DNA of 29,610 nucleotides from a virus (Duplodnaviria; Heunggongvirae; Uroviricota; Caudoviricetes): IMG/VR virus record IMGVR_UViG_2541047745_000005, positions 1 to 29,610 of that record; one strand, 5' to 3'. Shown piece by piece: positions 1 to 7,571 of this stretch (position 1 is its first letter; each line of letters starts with the position of its first letter). The notes under the pieces were generated by a model. It saw only the letters and a program-made list of their open reading frames with translations, ran no database searches and was not told where the DNA came from. The position numbers and the translations under genes were made by a program.

Positions 1-165
1 CAGTGGTACACCACGCCTGCAGGGCATGTTCTACGTGTTAGCCTGGTTGACCGTGAATGTCAGAAGGTGGTTTGTGAACCGCTGGGCCGTAATTACCGCG
101 TCAGTATGCCGCTTATAGCCTTTCGCTCCGGAAAAAACATGAAGCATCTCGGAGGTGCAGCATGA
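1..165 (+). CDS. 3' end of an upstream gene (partial, 54 codons in window); unknown function
   Basis: Frame 1 is open from the window edge to a TGA at 163-165 that overlaps the next ATG at 162 as ATGA, suggesting translational coupling. No recognisable motif. Confidence 0.3.
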   Translation, partial: QWYTTPAGHVLRVSLVDRECQKVVCEPLGRNYRVSMPLIAFRSGKNMKHLGGAA

Positions 166-980
166 GTATGGAGCTGATGGTTAAAGCGATGAAAATTCGA
201 GTGGGTAATCCATTGCGAAAACTGGTTCTGATCAAGCTGGCTGATAATGCCAGCGATCAGGGTGAGTGCTGGCCCAGCTATCAGCATATTGCTGACCAGT
301 GCGAGATTAGCAAACGTTCTGTGATGAATCATATTGCGGCCCTTTGTGAGTCCGGGCTGGTAAAAAAAGTCACCCGGAAAGGTGAAAAAGGTAACTCAAG
401 TAATATCTATCTCCTTCATCTGGATGGTGCAGGAGATTCACTAGGGGGTAGTGCAAATAATTCACTATCTGGTGCAGCAAATTCACCAGGTAGTGCAGGA
501 GTTGCACCAGGGGGTAGTGCAGGAGATTCACCCAGAACCAGTCACTCTTTTGAACCAGTCAAAGAACCAGTCAATGAACCAATAGCTGTTGGTGCATCTG
601 TTGATGAGTCCGTGCGAGTTCGTTCAAACCGACCGGAATACTCTCCGGAGTTTGAGCAGGCATGGCTGGTATATCCCAAACGTGCTGGTGGCAATTCAAA
701 ATCTGCAGCCTTCAAAGCCTGGAAAGCCCGTTTGAATGAGGGGGTAAACCCCGAAACCATGCTGGAAGGTGTGAAACGCTACGCGGGCTGGGTATCTGCG
801 ATGGGTAACAGCGGCACACAATTTGTGAAACAGGCTGTCACGTTCTTTGGTCCGGATCGTCATTTCGAAGAATCCTGGGAAGTTCCTGCGGTATCTGCAG
901 CCAGACGCGAGGACCCGTACTTCAAAGCCAGTTACGACAACGTGGACTACAGCCAGATCCCGGCAGGATTCAGGGGGTGA
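162..980 (+). CDS. putative replication initiation protein (N-terminal HTH domain, low-complexity linker encoded by iterons, C-terminal domain)
   Basis: GGAGG RBS at 151-155 before ATG 162. N-terminal segment (LVLIKLADNASDQGECWPSYQHIADQCEISKRSVMNHIAALCESGLV) looks like a winged-HTH; internal Gly/Ser/Ala-rich linker coincides with direct DNA repeats, an arrangement like lambda O. Sits at the head of a nin-like gene string. Confidence 0.5.
   Translation: MSMELMVKAMKIRVGNPLRKLVLIKLADNASDQGECWPSYQHIADQCEISKRSVMNHIAALCESGLVKKVTRKGEKGNSSNIYLLHLDGAGDSLGGSANNSLSGAANSPGSAGVAPGGSAGDSPRTSHSFEPVKEPVNEPIAVGASVDESVRVRSNRPEYSPEFEQAWLVYPKRAGGNSKSAAFKAWKARLNEGVNPETMLEGVKRYAGWVSAMGNSGTQFVKQAVTFFGPDRHFEESWEVPAVSAARREDPYFKASYDNVDYSQIPAGFRG
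424..533. repeat. five tandem ~18-21 bp iteron-like direct repeats (consensus about GGT(A)GTGCA RRA RTTCAC YA) inside the replication gene; candidate ori
   Basis: Copies read directly at about 426-443, 447-467, 471-488, 489-509 and 513-533. Followed by 3.5 copies of GAACCAGTCA at 535-584. Confidence 0.5.
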
Positions 981-982
981 TC

Positions 983-1471
983 ATGAGTCTTTTGAATGAA
1001 GTTCAGAAATTCATTGAAGCCCATCCGGGGTGTACTTCCGGAGACATTGCGGATGCTTTTGCAGGTTACTCACGGCAGCGCGTTCTGCAGTCAGCAAGCA
1101 AGTTACGTCAGAGTGGGCGTGTGGCTCACCGTTGTGAAGGGGATACACGCAGACATTTCCCGCGCCTGACTGAGAGAGCGCAGGAGCCGGAACCACAACC
1201 AGTTCGTGAAACCAGACCTGTGCGCAATTTCTATGTCGGCACTAACGATCCACGGGTGATTTTGTGCCTGACCCGCCAGGCTGAAGAACTGGAGTCAAGG
1301 GGCTTATACCGTCGTGCTGCAACCGTGTGGATGGCGGCATTCCGTGAAAGCCACTCCCAGCCAGAACGAAACAATTTTCTGGCGCGTCGTGAGCGGTGCT
1401 TACGGAAAAGCAGCAAGCGCGCTGCATCGGGTGAAGAGTGGTATCTGTCAGGGAATTACGTGGGGGCTTAA
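983..1471 (+). CDS. hypothetical nin-region protein
   Basis: ORF translationally coupled to the upstream gene (GTG 977 or ATG 983 overlapping its stop) and to the downstream methyltransferase (TAATG at 1469-1473). Basic, Arg-rich; no motif I can name. Confidence 0.45.
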   Translation: MSLLNEVQKFIEAHPGCTSGDIADAFAGYSRQRVLQSASKLRQSGRVAHRCEGDTRRHFPRLTERAQEPEPQPVRETRPVRNFYVGTNDPRVILCLTRQAEELESRGLYRRAATVWMAAFRESHSQPERNNFLARRERCLRKSSKRAASGEEWYLSGNYVGA

Positions 1472-2124
1472 TGAGTAATAAATATTGCCAGGCGCTGGTG
1501 GAACTGCGGAACAAACCAGTCCATGAACTGAAGGAAGTGGGCGATCAGTGGCGCACGCCGGACAACATTTTCTGGGGAATTAACACCCTGTTTGGCCCGT
1601 TTGTTCTGGATCTGTTCACTGACGGTGATAACGCCAAATGTGCTGCGTATTACACGGCGGAAGACAACGCGCTGGCGCATGACTGGTCAGAACGTCTTGC
1701 GGAGCTTAAAGGTGCTGCCTTTGGTAATCCCCCATACAGCCGCGCCAGTCAGCATGAGGGGCAATACATCACCGGCATGCGTTACATCATGAAACATGCC
1801 AGTGCCATGCGTGATAAGGGCGGGCGCTATGTTTTCCTGATCAAAGCTGCCACCAGCGAAGTGTGGTGGCCGGAAGATGCGGACCATATTGCTTTTATTC
1901 GTGGGCGTATTGGTTTTGAACTGCCTGCCTGGTTTATCCCGAAGGACGAGAAGCAGGTGCCGACAGGAGCGTTCTTCGCTGGTGCTATTGCTGTTTTCGA
2001 CAAGACCTGGAAGGGACCGGCAATCAGCTACATCGGGCGCGATGAACTTGAGGCATGTGGTGAGGCGTTTCTGGCGCAGGTTCGCCAGCAGGCAGAAAAA
2101 CTTGTCAGGGAGATGGCGGCATGA
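1471..2124 (+). CDS. phage Dam-type DNA N6-adenine methyltransferase (orphan)
   Basis: NPPY catalytic motif (FGNPPYS) typical of N6-adenine methyltransferases; size about 217 aa; nin-region position as in many lambdoid phages; ATG 1471 overlaps the upstream stop. Confidence 0.8.
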   Translation: MSNKYCQALVELRNKPVHELKEVGDQWRTPDNIFWGINTLFGPFVLDLFTDGDNAKCAAYYTAEDNALAHDWSERLAELKGAAFGNPPYSRASQHEGQYITGMRYIMKHASAMRDKGGRYVFLIKAATSEVWWPEDADHIAFIRGRIGFELPAWFIPKDEKQVPTGAFFAGAIAVFDKTWKGPAISYIGRDELEACGEAFLAQVRQQAEKLVREMAA

Positions 2125-2447
2125 CGACGTTAACTCAATGCCAGCAGCAGGTGCTGGATATGCTGATTTCTTACCAGCAAGAGCGTGGCTTTCCGCCAAC
2201 CAATCAGGAGGTGGCAACCATGCTGGGATACCGTTCAGTGAATGCAGCGGTGGAGCATCTTCGCGCACTGGAGAAAAAAGGCGTCATCACGATAAAGCGT
2301 GGCGTGGCCCGGGGGATCACGCTTCATACCGCAGTGAAGGACGACGACAGCGAAGCGGTCGGTATCATCCGCGCACTGCTTGCCGGTGAGGAGAACGCCA
2401 GGTTGCGTGCAGCCCACTGGTTACATGAGAGGGGCCTGAAAGTATGA
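2121..2447 (+). CDS. LexA N-terminal DNA-binding-domain-like protein (no peptidase domain)
   Basis: Residues 1-70 align by eye with the LexA winged-HTH domain (QQQVLDMLISY..GFPPTNQEVATMLGYRSVNAAVEHLRALEKKGVITI..GVARGITL versus LexA [48 protein letters not shown]). Only 108 aa, so the autocleavage domain is absent. ATGA overlap with the methyltransferase stop. Confidence 0.65.
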   Translation: MTTLTQCQQQVLDMLISYQQERGFPPTNQEVATMLGYRSVNAAVEHLRALEKKGVITIKRGVARGITLHTAVKDDDSEAVGIIRALLAGEENARLRAAHWLHERGLKV

Positions 2448-2833
2448 AGTTGATCCTTCCTTTCCCGCCCAGTGTGAACACGTACTGGCGACACCCCAAC
2501 AAAGGGGCATTTGCTGGTAAGAGCCTGATAAGCGAGGCGGGGCGAAAATTTCAGAGCGCGGCGTGCGCAGCAATAGTTGAGCAGTTACGTCGTCTGCCGA
2601 AACCAACGTCGGCACCTGCTTCAGTGGAGATCGTGTTGTTTCCTCCGGATAACCGGATCCGCGATCTGGACAACTATAACAAGGCGCTGTTTGACGCCCT
2701 GACCCATGCGGGTGTGTGGGAAGACGACAGACAGGTGAAAAGAATGCTGGTGGAGTGGGGACCGGTTATCCCGAAAGGGAAGGTCGAGATCACTATCAGT
2801 AAGTATGAGAAACCGGCGGGTGCAGCCGCCTGA
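2444..2833 (+). CDS. rusA: RusA-family Holliday junction resolvase
   Basis: 129 aa; N-terminal LPFPPSVNTYW and central DLDNYNKALFDALTHAGVWEDDRQV are characteristic of RusA; typical nin-region location. Confidence 0.85.
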   Translation: MKLILPFPPSVNTYWRHPNKGAFAGKSLISEAGRKFQSAACAAIVEQLRRLPKPTSAPASVEIVLFPPDNRIRDLDNYNKALFDALTHAGVWEDDRQVKRMLVEWGPVIPKGKVEITISKYEKPAGAAA

Positions 2834-2852
2834 TTAAGAGGAGAAACGAAGT

Positions 2853-3662
2853 ATGAATAATCTGATGGTCATTGATGGTATTGAAGTTCGTCGTGATGCT
2901 TATGGGCGTTACAGCCTGAACGATCTGCATCGCGCAGCAGTAGCATCTGGTGCAAATGCCAGAACCAAGGAGCCAGGAAAGTTTCTTTCCAGCCAACAAA
3001 CTGTTGAGCTTGTTCATGAATTGACCAACACCCAGAATTTGGGTGTTGACCCGGTGAGTGTGATTCATGGGGGAAATGAACGGGGAACGTATGTCTGCAA
3101 GGAACTGGTTTATGCCTATGCAATGTGGATCAGCCCGTCATTCCATCTGAAGGTGATCCGTACTTTCGATATGGTAACCAGCGCACCGGAAAAATTATCC
3201 GGGCAGGCTGCTGACAAGATGCAGGCTGGTGTGATTCTGCTGGACTTTATGCGTCGGGAATTAAACCTGTCTAACTCATCTGTGCTTGGGGCTTGTCAGA
3301 AACTCCAGGAGGCTGTTGGCTTACCGAATCTGGCTCCGCGCTATGCAATTGATGCTCCTGCCGATGCACCCGATGGCTCAAGTCGCCCTACGCTGTCACT
3401 GAGTGCACTGCTGAAGCAGTATGGTATCCGCCTGACGGCTAATCAGGCATATCACCAGATGGTGAAGCTGGGGATCGTTGAACAACGCGAACGATACAGC
3501 CGTACCGCGATTAACAACATCAAAAAATTCTGGTCGCTGACAGCGAAAGGCTGCATGTTCGGCAAGAACATCACCAGTCCCGCAAATCCGCGCGAGACGC
3601 AGCCGCATTTCTTCGAATCCCGATTCCCTGAGCTGTTAAAGCTGCTCGATACCGTTCATTGA
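2853..3662 (+). CDS. KilA-N domain protein (Roi/antirepressor-like)
   Basis: N-terminus (IDGIEVRRDAYGRYSLNDLHRAA..FLSSQQTVELVHEL) matches the KilA-N pattern; RBS AAGAGGAG upstream; followed by a C-terminal domain of unknown function. Confidence 0.7.
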   Translation: MNNLMVIDGIEVRRDAYGRYSLNDLHRAAVASGANARTKEPGKFLSSQQTVELVHELTNTQNLGVDPVSVIHGGNERGTYVCKELVYAYAMWISPSFHLKVIRTFDMVTSAPEKLSGQAADKMQAGVILLDFMRRELNLSNSSVLGACQKLQEAVGLPNLAPRYAIDAPADAPDGSSRPTLSLSALLKQYGIRLTANQAYHQMVKLGIVEQRERYSRTAINNIKKFWSLTAKGCMFGKNITSPANPRETQPHFFESRFPELLKLLDTVH

Positions 3663-3663
3663 G

Positions 3664-4659
3664 GTGACCGTGAGAGCATTACTGACCCCTGAAATTGCCC
3701 CGCGTATGGGGATCGTATTGTTCAGACCCGGTTCAGAGCTGATGCCCCTGTTTATGCAGGGGCGTGTCCTGCTGGAGCCTGAGCCAGAACGTTATTCATC
3801 TTTTGCCAGTGGTGCCGTTCCGGCGGCATCACAACCGCTGGCGGATGATCCTGCTGTTCGGGCCGTGTTCCGCAATGAGGCAGTGATCCGTCGTGCTGGT
3901 GGCGTGGAATGTCTTGAAAGCTGGTTACTTCGTGAAAAAGGCTGCCAGTGGCCTCATTCCGACTGGCACAGCGAGAACATGACAACAATGCGACACGCTC
4001 CGGGCGCAATCCGTCTGTGCTGGCACTGCGATAACCAGCTGCGCGATCAGTTCACGGAACGGCTGGAATCAATGGCAACGGATAACTGTGCCCGCTGGGT
4101 GTTGTCTGTTGTGCGTCGGGATCTCGGTTTTGATGACAGTCACGTTGTGACAATGCCGGAACTGTGCTGGTGGCTGGTTCGTAATGATCTGGCGGATGCC
4201 TTACCGGAAAGCGCAGCCCGTAAGGCACTGAGATTACCGAATCCTGTTGTGCCGTCTGTCACCCGGGAAAGTGACCTTGTGCCTTCGGTTCCTGCCACCA
4301 GCATCATCCAGGATAAGGCGAAAAAGGTGCTGGCGCTGAAAGTGGATCCGGAGTCGCCGGAGTCTTTTATGTTACGCCCAAAACGTCGCCGCTGGGTTAA
4401 TGAAAAGTACACGCGCTGGGTTAAGACACAGCCGTGTGCATGTTGTGGAAAGCCTGCTGATGATCCCCACCACCTGATAGGTCACGGTCAGGGTGGAATG
4501 GGAACAAAAGCGCATGACCTTTTTGTGTTGCCTTTGTGCAGAAAGCATCACGACGAGCTGCATGCGGATACCGTGGCATTTGAAGAGAAGTATGGCTCCC
4601 AGCTGGAGCTGATATTTCGTTTTATCGATCGTGCGCTGGCAATTGGCGTATTGGCGTAA
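3664..4659 (+). CDS. DUF968-like protein with C-terminal Cys/His (HNH-like zinc-binding) motif
   Basis: C-terminal CACCGKPADDPHHLIGHGQGGMGTKAHDLFVLPLCRKHHDELH resembles the DUF968 family found just before Q in lambdoid prophages. Start codon uncertain (GTG 3664 or nearby). Confidence 0.55.
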   Translation: MTVRALLTPEIAPRMGIVLFRPGSELMPLFMQGRVLLEPEPERYSSFASGAVPAASQPLADDPAVRAVFRNEAVIRRAGGVECLESWLLREKGCQWPHSDWHSENMTTMRHAPGAIRLCWHCDNQLRDQFTERLESMATDNCARWVLSVVRRDLGFDDSHVVTMPELCWWLVRNDLADALPESAARKALRLPNPVVPSVTRESDLVPSVPATSIIQDKAKKVLALKVDPESPESFMLRPKRRRWVNEKYTRWVKTQPCACCGKPADDPHHLIGHGQGGMGTKAHDLFVLPLCRKHHDELHADTVAFEEKYGSQLELIFRFIDRALAIGVLA

Positions 4660-4672
4660 GTGGAGAACGAGC

Positions 4673-5425
4673 ATGAACCTTGAAGCCTTACCAAAATATT
4701 ACTCCCCAAAATCTCCAAAATTGAGCGATGACGCACCGGCGACAGGCTCGGGTGGTTTAACGATTACGGATGTGATGGCTGCGCAGGGGATGGTGCAGTC
4801 GAAAGCACCGCTTGGATTTGCCTTATTCCTGGCAAAAGTTGGTGTTCAGGATCCTCAGTTTGCGATTGAAGGTCTGCTCAATTACGCGATGGCACTGGAT
4901 AACCCGACATTGAACAAATTGAGTGAAGAAACCCGGTTACAGATCATCCCTTACCTTGTGAATTTTGCCTTTGCTGATTATTCCAGGTCTGCGGCAAGTA
5001 AGGCTCGCTGTGAGCATTGTGCTGGTACTGGATTTCATAATGTATTGCGCGAAGTGGTGAAACACTCCAGAAGCGGGGAATCTGTTATCAAGGAAGAGTG
5101 GGTGAAGGAACTATGTCAGCATTGCCATGGTAAGGGAGAAGTCAGCACAGCGTGCAGAGGGTGTAAGGGTAAAGGTATTGTCCTGGATGAAAAAAGAACC
5201 CGGCTTCATGGTGTGCCTGTTTATAAGATTTGTGGGCGTTGCAATGGCAACCGGTTTAGCCGTTTACCAACCACACTGGCGCGGCATCATGTCCAGAAAC
5301 TGGTACCGGACCTGACGGATTATCAGTGGTACAAAGGATATGCAGACGTTATTAATAAACTGGTTACAAAGTGCTGGCAGGAAGAAGCGTATGCTGAATC
5401 GCAATTGAGAAAAGTGACAAGATAG
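4673..5425 (+). CDS. late-gene antitermination protein Q (non-lambda Q family, zinc-binding)
   Basis: Position immediately before an AT-rich promoter/terminator region and the lysis genes; Cys-rich motifs (CEHCAGTG, CQHCHGKG, CRGCKGKG, CGRCNG). Likely start is ATG 4673 (MNLEALP) rather than 4631. Confidence 0.7.
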   Translation: MNLEALPKYYSPKSPKLSDDAPATGSGGLTITDVMAAQGMVQSKAPLGFALFLAKVGVQDPQFAIEGLLNYAMALDNPTLNKLSEETRLQIIPYLVNFAFADYSRSAASKARCEHCAGTGFHNVLREVVKHSRSGESVIKEEWVKELCQHCHGKGEVSTACRGCKGKGIVLDEKRTRLHGVPVYKICGRCNGNRFSRLPTTLARHHVQKLVPDLTDYQWYKGYADVINKLVTKCWQEEAYAESQLRKVTR

Positions 5426-5455
5426 ATAATTTTCGCCGAAGATGTCGACGTGATA

Positions 5456-5484
5456 CTTGCATTTTTCAAAAAATATGGATAAGA
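5456..5484 (+). promoter_or_regulatory. candidate late promoter (pR'-equivalent): TTGCAT, 17 bp spacer, TAAGAT
   Basis: Hexamers read at 5456-5461 and 5479-5484 in the AT-rich region directly after Q; position matches lambdoid pR'/qut. Confidence 0.35.
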
Positions 5485-5528
5485 TTTTCTCAACGATGGG
5501 CCTTGTATGTCTACCGTTGGTAAATGTC

Positions 5529-5555
5529 AAAAACCCGCCACCGAGCGGTTTTTTA
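5529..5555 (+). terminator. candidate tR'-like intrinsic terminator
   Basis: AAAAACCCGCCACCGAGCGGTTTTTT: short GC stem (CCGC/GCGG) flanked by an A-tract and a T6 run, about 50-70 nt after the candidate promoter, as expected for a short terminated 6S-like transcript. Confidence 0.35.
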
Positions 5556-5713
5556 TTGATGTCAATTGTGTTTTTAAGGCTCTCCTTCCTTAAAGTATGT
5601 TGTACAAAAAACTGGCAGCCAGCTACGCTCATTTTGAAAAAGTGACACCCTTCAATGTTTCTTTTGAATGGAATTGCTACCCATAAATCTCTATCAAAAA
5701 CAGGAGAGCATAT

Positions 5714-5956
5714 ATGGTGGAGCGTTGTTCTGTTTGTGAGCAGTCATTAAGTTATTCACGAGAAGTTGAACAAGATGGCGTTGAATATAAATCTTGCCCA
5801 AAATGTTCTGCTGATGCCGGAGTGCACGTTTTTTATAAAACAATAGACTTTGGTTATAGGGATATGGGAGACGGAAGGCATATCGTTCAGTCATGGTGTC
5901 CGGCTTGTCGTTCTGGTGAAAAACCGTCTATACCACCAGCATTTAAATGTTGTTAA
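5714..5956 (+). CDS. small Cys-rich (zinc-ribbon-like) protein of unknown function; cargo at the Q/lysis junction
   Basis: 80 aa with CSVC, CPKC, CPAC and terminal KCC; AGGAGA RBS 8 nt before ATG; lies in an AT-rich island; own downstream terminator. Confidence 0.5.
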   Translation: MVERCSVCEQSLSYSREVEQDGVEYKSCPKCSADAGVHVFYKTIDFGYRDMGDGRHIVQSWCPACRSGEKPSIPPAFKCC

Positions 5957-5974
5957 CTCAATGAATTATAAAAA

Positions 5975-6001
5975 GAGGCTGCCTGTGGGCGGCCTTTTTT
6001 G
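5975..6001 (+). terminator. intrinsic terminator after the small Cys-rich gene
   Basis: AGGCTGCC-TGTG-GGCGGCCT hairpin (one G-U pair) followed by TTTTTT at 5995-6000. Confidence 0.6.
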
Positions 6002-6087
6002 TGCACTACGCAACTTTTGCGACTCAGCGCTATAACCAGCTTCTTTCCCTTCACTCGTTGCACTTCCGATAACCGGAGGTGGGAATT

Positions 6088-6429
6088 ATGAAAATGCATA
6101 ACGATCCTCATTCCTGGTCTGACTTACTTGAATTGTTACAGAGCTGGTGGCGTGGAGACACACCGCTGGGCGCAGTAATTATGTCGATCGTTATGGCTGG
6201 CTTGCGCATTGCCTATTTTGGCGGTGGTGGTGGTTGGAAGCGAAAAACGCTCGAGATTTTGCTCTGCGGCGCTCTGACGCTGACTTTTGCATCCGCTCTT
6301 GAGTATGTCGGATGGCCTAAATCGCTTTCTGTTGCCATTGGTGGTGGCGTTGGGTTGATCGGTGTCGATGCTATTCGTGGGGCTGCAATGAGAGTAATCG
6401 GTAACAAGTTTGGTGGCTCTAAGGAGTAA
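6088..6429 (+). CDS. S: holin, lambda S-like, with dual-start motif (MKM)
   Basis: GGAGG RBS at 6075-6079; starts ATG 6088 and ATG 6094 (M-K-M, as in lambda S107/S105); hydrophobic helices (GAVIMSIVMAGL, LLCGALTLTFASAL, VAIGGGVGLIGV) and charged C-tail. The track's GTG 6079 start is less likely. Confidence 0.8.
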   Translation: MKMHNDPHSWSDLLELLQSWWRGDTPLGAVIMSIVMAGLRIAYFGGGGGWKRKTLEILLCGALTLTFASALEYVGWPKSLSVAIGGGVGLIGVDAIRGAAMRVIGNKFGGSKE

Positions 6430-6432
6430 TTT

Positions 6433-6909
6433 ATGCAGGTACTAAATTCCCAGCGTAAAGCTTTCCTTGATATGGTGGCTTGGTCAGAAGGAACGGATAA
6501 CGGACGACAACCGACACGTAACCACGGTTATGACGTTATTGTCGGTGGTGAACTCTTCACTGATTACTCCGATCACCCTCGCAAACTTGTCACGCTAAAC
6601 CCAAAACTCAAATCAACAGCAGCCGGGCGCTATCAGCTTCTTTCCCGTTGGTGGGATGCCTATCGTAAGCAGCTTGGTCTGAAAGACTTCTCTCCCAAAA
6701 GTCAGGACGCTGTGGCATTGCAGCAGATTAAAGAGCGTGGCGCTTTACCGATGATTGACCGCGGTGATATCCGTCAGGCTATCGACCGTTGCAGCAATAT
6801 CTGGGCTTCACTGCCGGGCGCTGGTTATGGCCAGTTCGAGCATGAGGCTGACAACCTGATTGCAAAATTCAAAGAGGCTGGCGGAACGGTCAGAGAGATT
6901 GAGGTATGA
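6433..6909 (+). CDS. R: endolysin, lambda R-type lytic transglycosylase
   Basis: 158 aa; sequence is, to my recollection, nearly identical to lambda R ([54 protein letters not shown]...); RBS TAAGGAG. Confidence 0.9.
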   Translation: MQVLNSQRKAFLDMVAWSEGTDNGRQPTRNHGYDVIVGGELFTDYSDHPRKLVTLNPKLKSTAAGRYQLLSRWWDAYRKQLGLKDFSPKSQDAVALQQIKERGALPMIDRGDIRQAIDRCSNIWASLPGAGYGQFEHEADNLIAKFKEAGGTVREIEV

Positions 6910-7373
6910 GCAGAGTAACCGCGATTATCTCCGCTCTGGTTATCTGCATCATCGTCTGCCTGTCATGGGCTGTTAATCATTACCGTGATAACGCAATCGC
7001 CTACAAAGAGCAGCGCGATAAAAAAGTCAGTGAGCTGAAGCAGGCGACCGCCACCATTACTGACATGCAGCAACGCCAGCGTGCTGCTGATGCACTCGAT
7101 GCTAAATACACGAAGGAGTTAGCTGATGCGAAAGCTGAAAATGATGCTCTTCGGCGCAAGCTTGATAATGGTGGCAGGGTGCTCGTCAAAGGAAAATGCC
7201 CTGTGCCATCCTCAGCCGAAACCTCCGGCGCCTCCGGCATGGGCAATGATGCCACCGTCGAACTCTCTCCAGTTGCTGGACGAAACGTTCTCGGTGTCCG
7301 GGACGGAATTATCCGCGACCAAACAGCACTGAGAACGCTTCAGGAATACATCAGGACGCAATGCCTTCGATGA
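6906..7373 (+). CDS. Rz: i-spanin Rz
   Basis: N-terminal ~30 aa ([31 protein letters not shown]) match lambda Rz as I recall it; coiled-coil middle; ATGA overlap with R. Confidence 0.85.
   Translation: MSRVTAIISALVICIIVCLSWAVNHYRDNAIAYKEQRDKKVSELKQATATITDMQQRQRAADALDAKYTKELADAKAENDALRRKLDNGGRVLVKGKCPVPSSAETSGASGMGNDATVELSPVAGRNVLGVRDGIIRDQTALRTLQEYIRTQCLR
7126..7332 (+). CDS. Rz1: o-spanin Rz1 lipoprotein, embedded in the +1 frame of Rz
   Basis: [19 protein letters not shown] (lipobox, Cys 19) followed by a Pro-rich segment [11 protein letters not shown], as in lambda Rz1; entirely inside Rz. Confidence 0.75.
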   Translation: MRKLKMMLFGASLIMVAGCSSKENALCHPQPKPPAPPAWAMMPPSNSLQLLDETFSVSGTELSATKQH

Positions 7374-7548
7374 TAGCGATAATTTTACTCATCATCCTTC
7401 ACATCTGGCTCTGTAGGCAGGGTGGTGATCACTTCTGGAGTGAATCCAGATTAAACATCTCATTGCTGATGCTTGAAGTTGAGCATATGGCGCGCGGTAA
7501 GGGGCTGCGTTGAGATAAGAGCCAGTTCATTACAAATACCAGGATTTA

Positions 7549-7571
7549 GCCTCGCATTCGCGGGGTTTTTT
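7549..7571 (+). terminator. intrinsic terminator about 175 nt downstream of Rz
   Basis: CCTCGC-ATTC-GCGGGG hairpin (6 bp, one G-U) followed by seven T at 7565-7571. Confidence 0.5.

Noticed and set aside
424-590. Possibility that the tandem repeats are a CRISPR array or VNTR
   Set aside because: Repeats are contiguous without spacers, are in-frame coding sequence and sit in a replication gene; iterons are the more economical explanation.
1877-2389. 170-aa + strand ORF in an alternative frame across the methyltransferase and LexA-like genes
   Set aside because: Overlaps two genes that have recognisable motifs in their own frames; its translation is Arg/Ser-rich with no domain features.
3606-3630. 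tRNA-like TTCGAATCC motif (T-loop-like)
   Set aside because: Sits inside the KilA-N coding frame with no flanking acceptor or anticodon stem pairing that I could build; no tRNA, rRNA or CRISPR array found anywhere in the window.
5264-5632. 122-aa minus-strand ORF spanning the Q 3' end and the late-promoter region
   Set aside because: Antisense to Q and running through the AT-rich promoter/terminator region; no RBS; a late-promoter and terminator interpretation fits better.
6079-6087. GTG at 6079 as the holin start (track annotation)
   Set aside because: GTG 6079 overlaps the GGAGG RBS itself; ATG 6088 and 6094 have correct spacing and reproduce the lambda S dual-start M-K-M.
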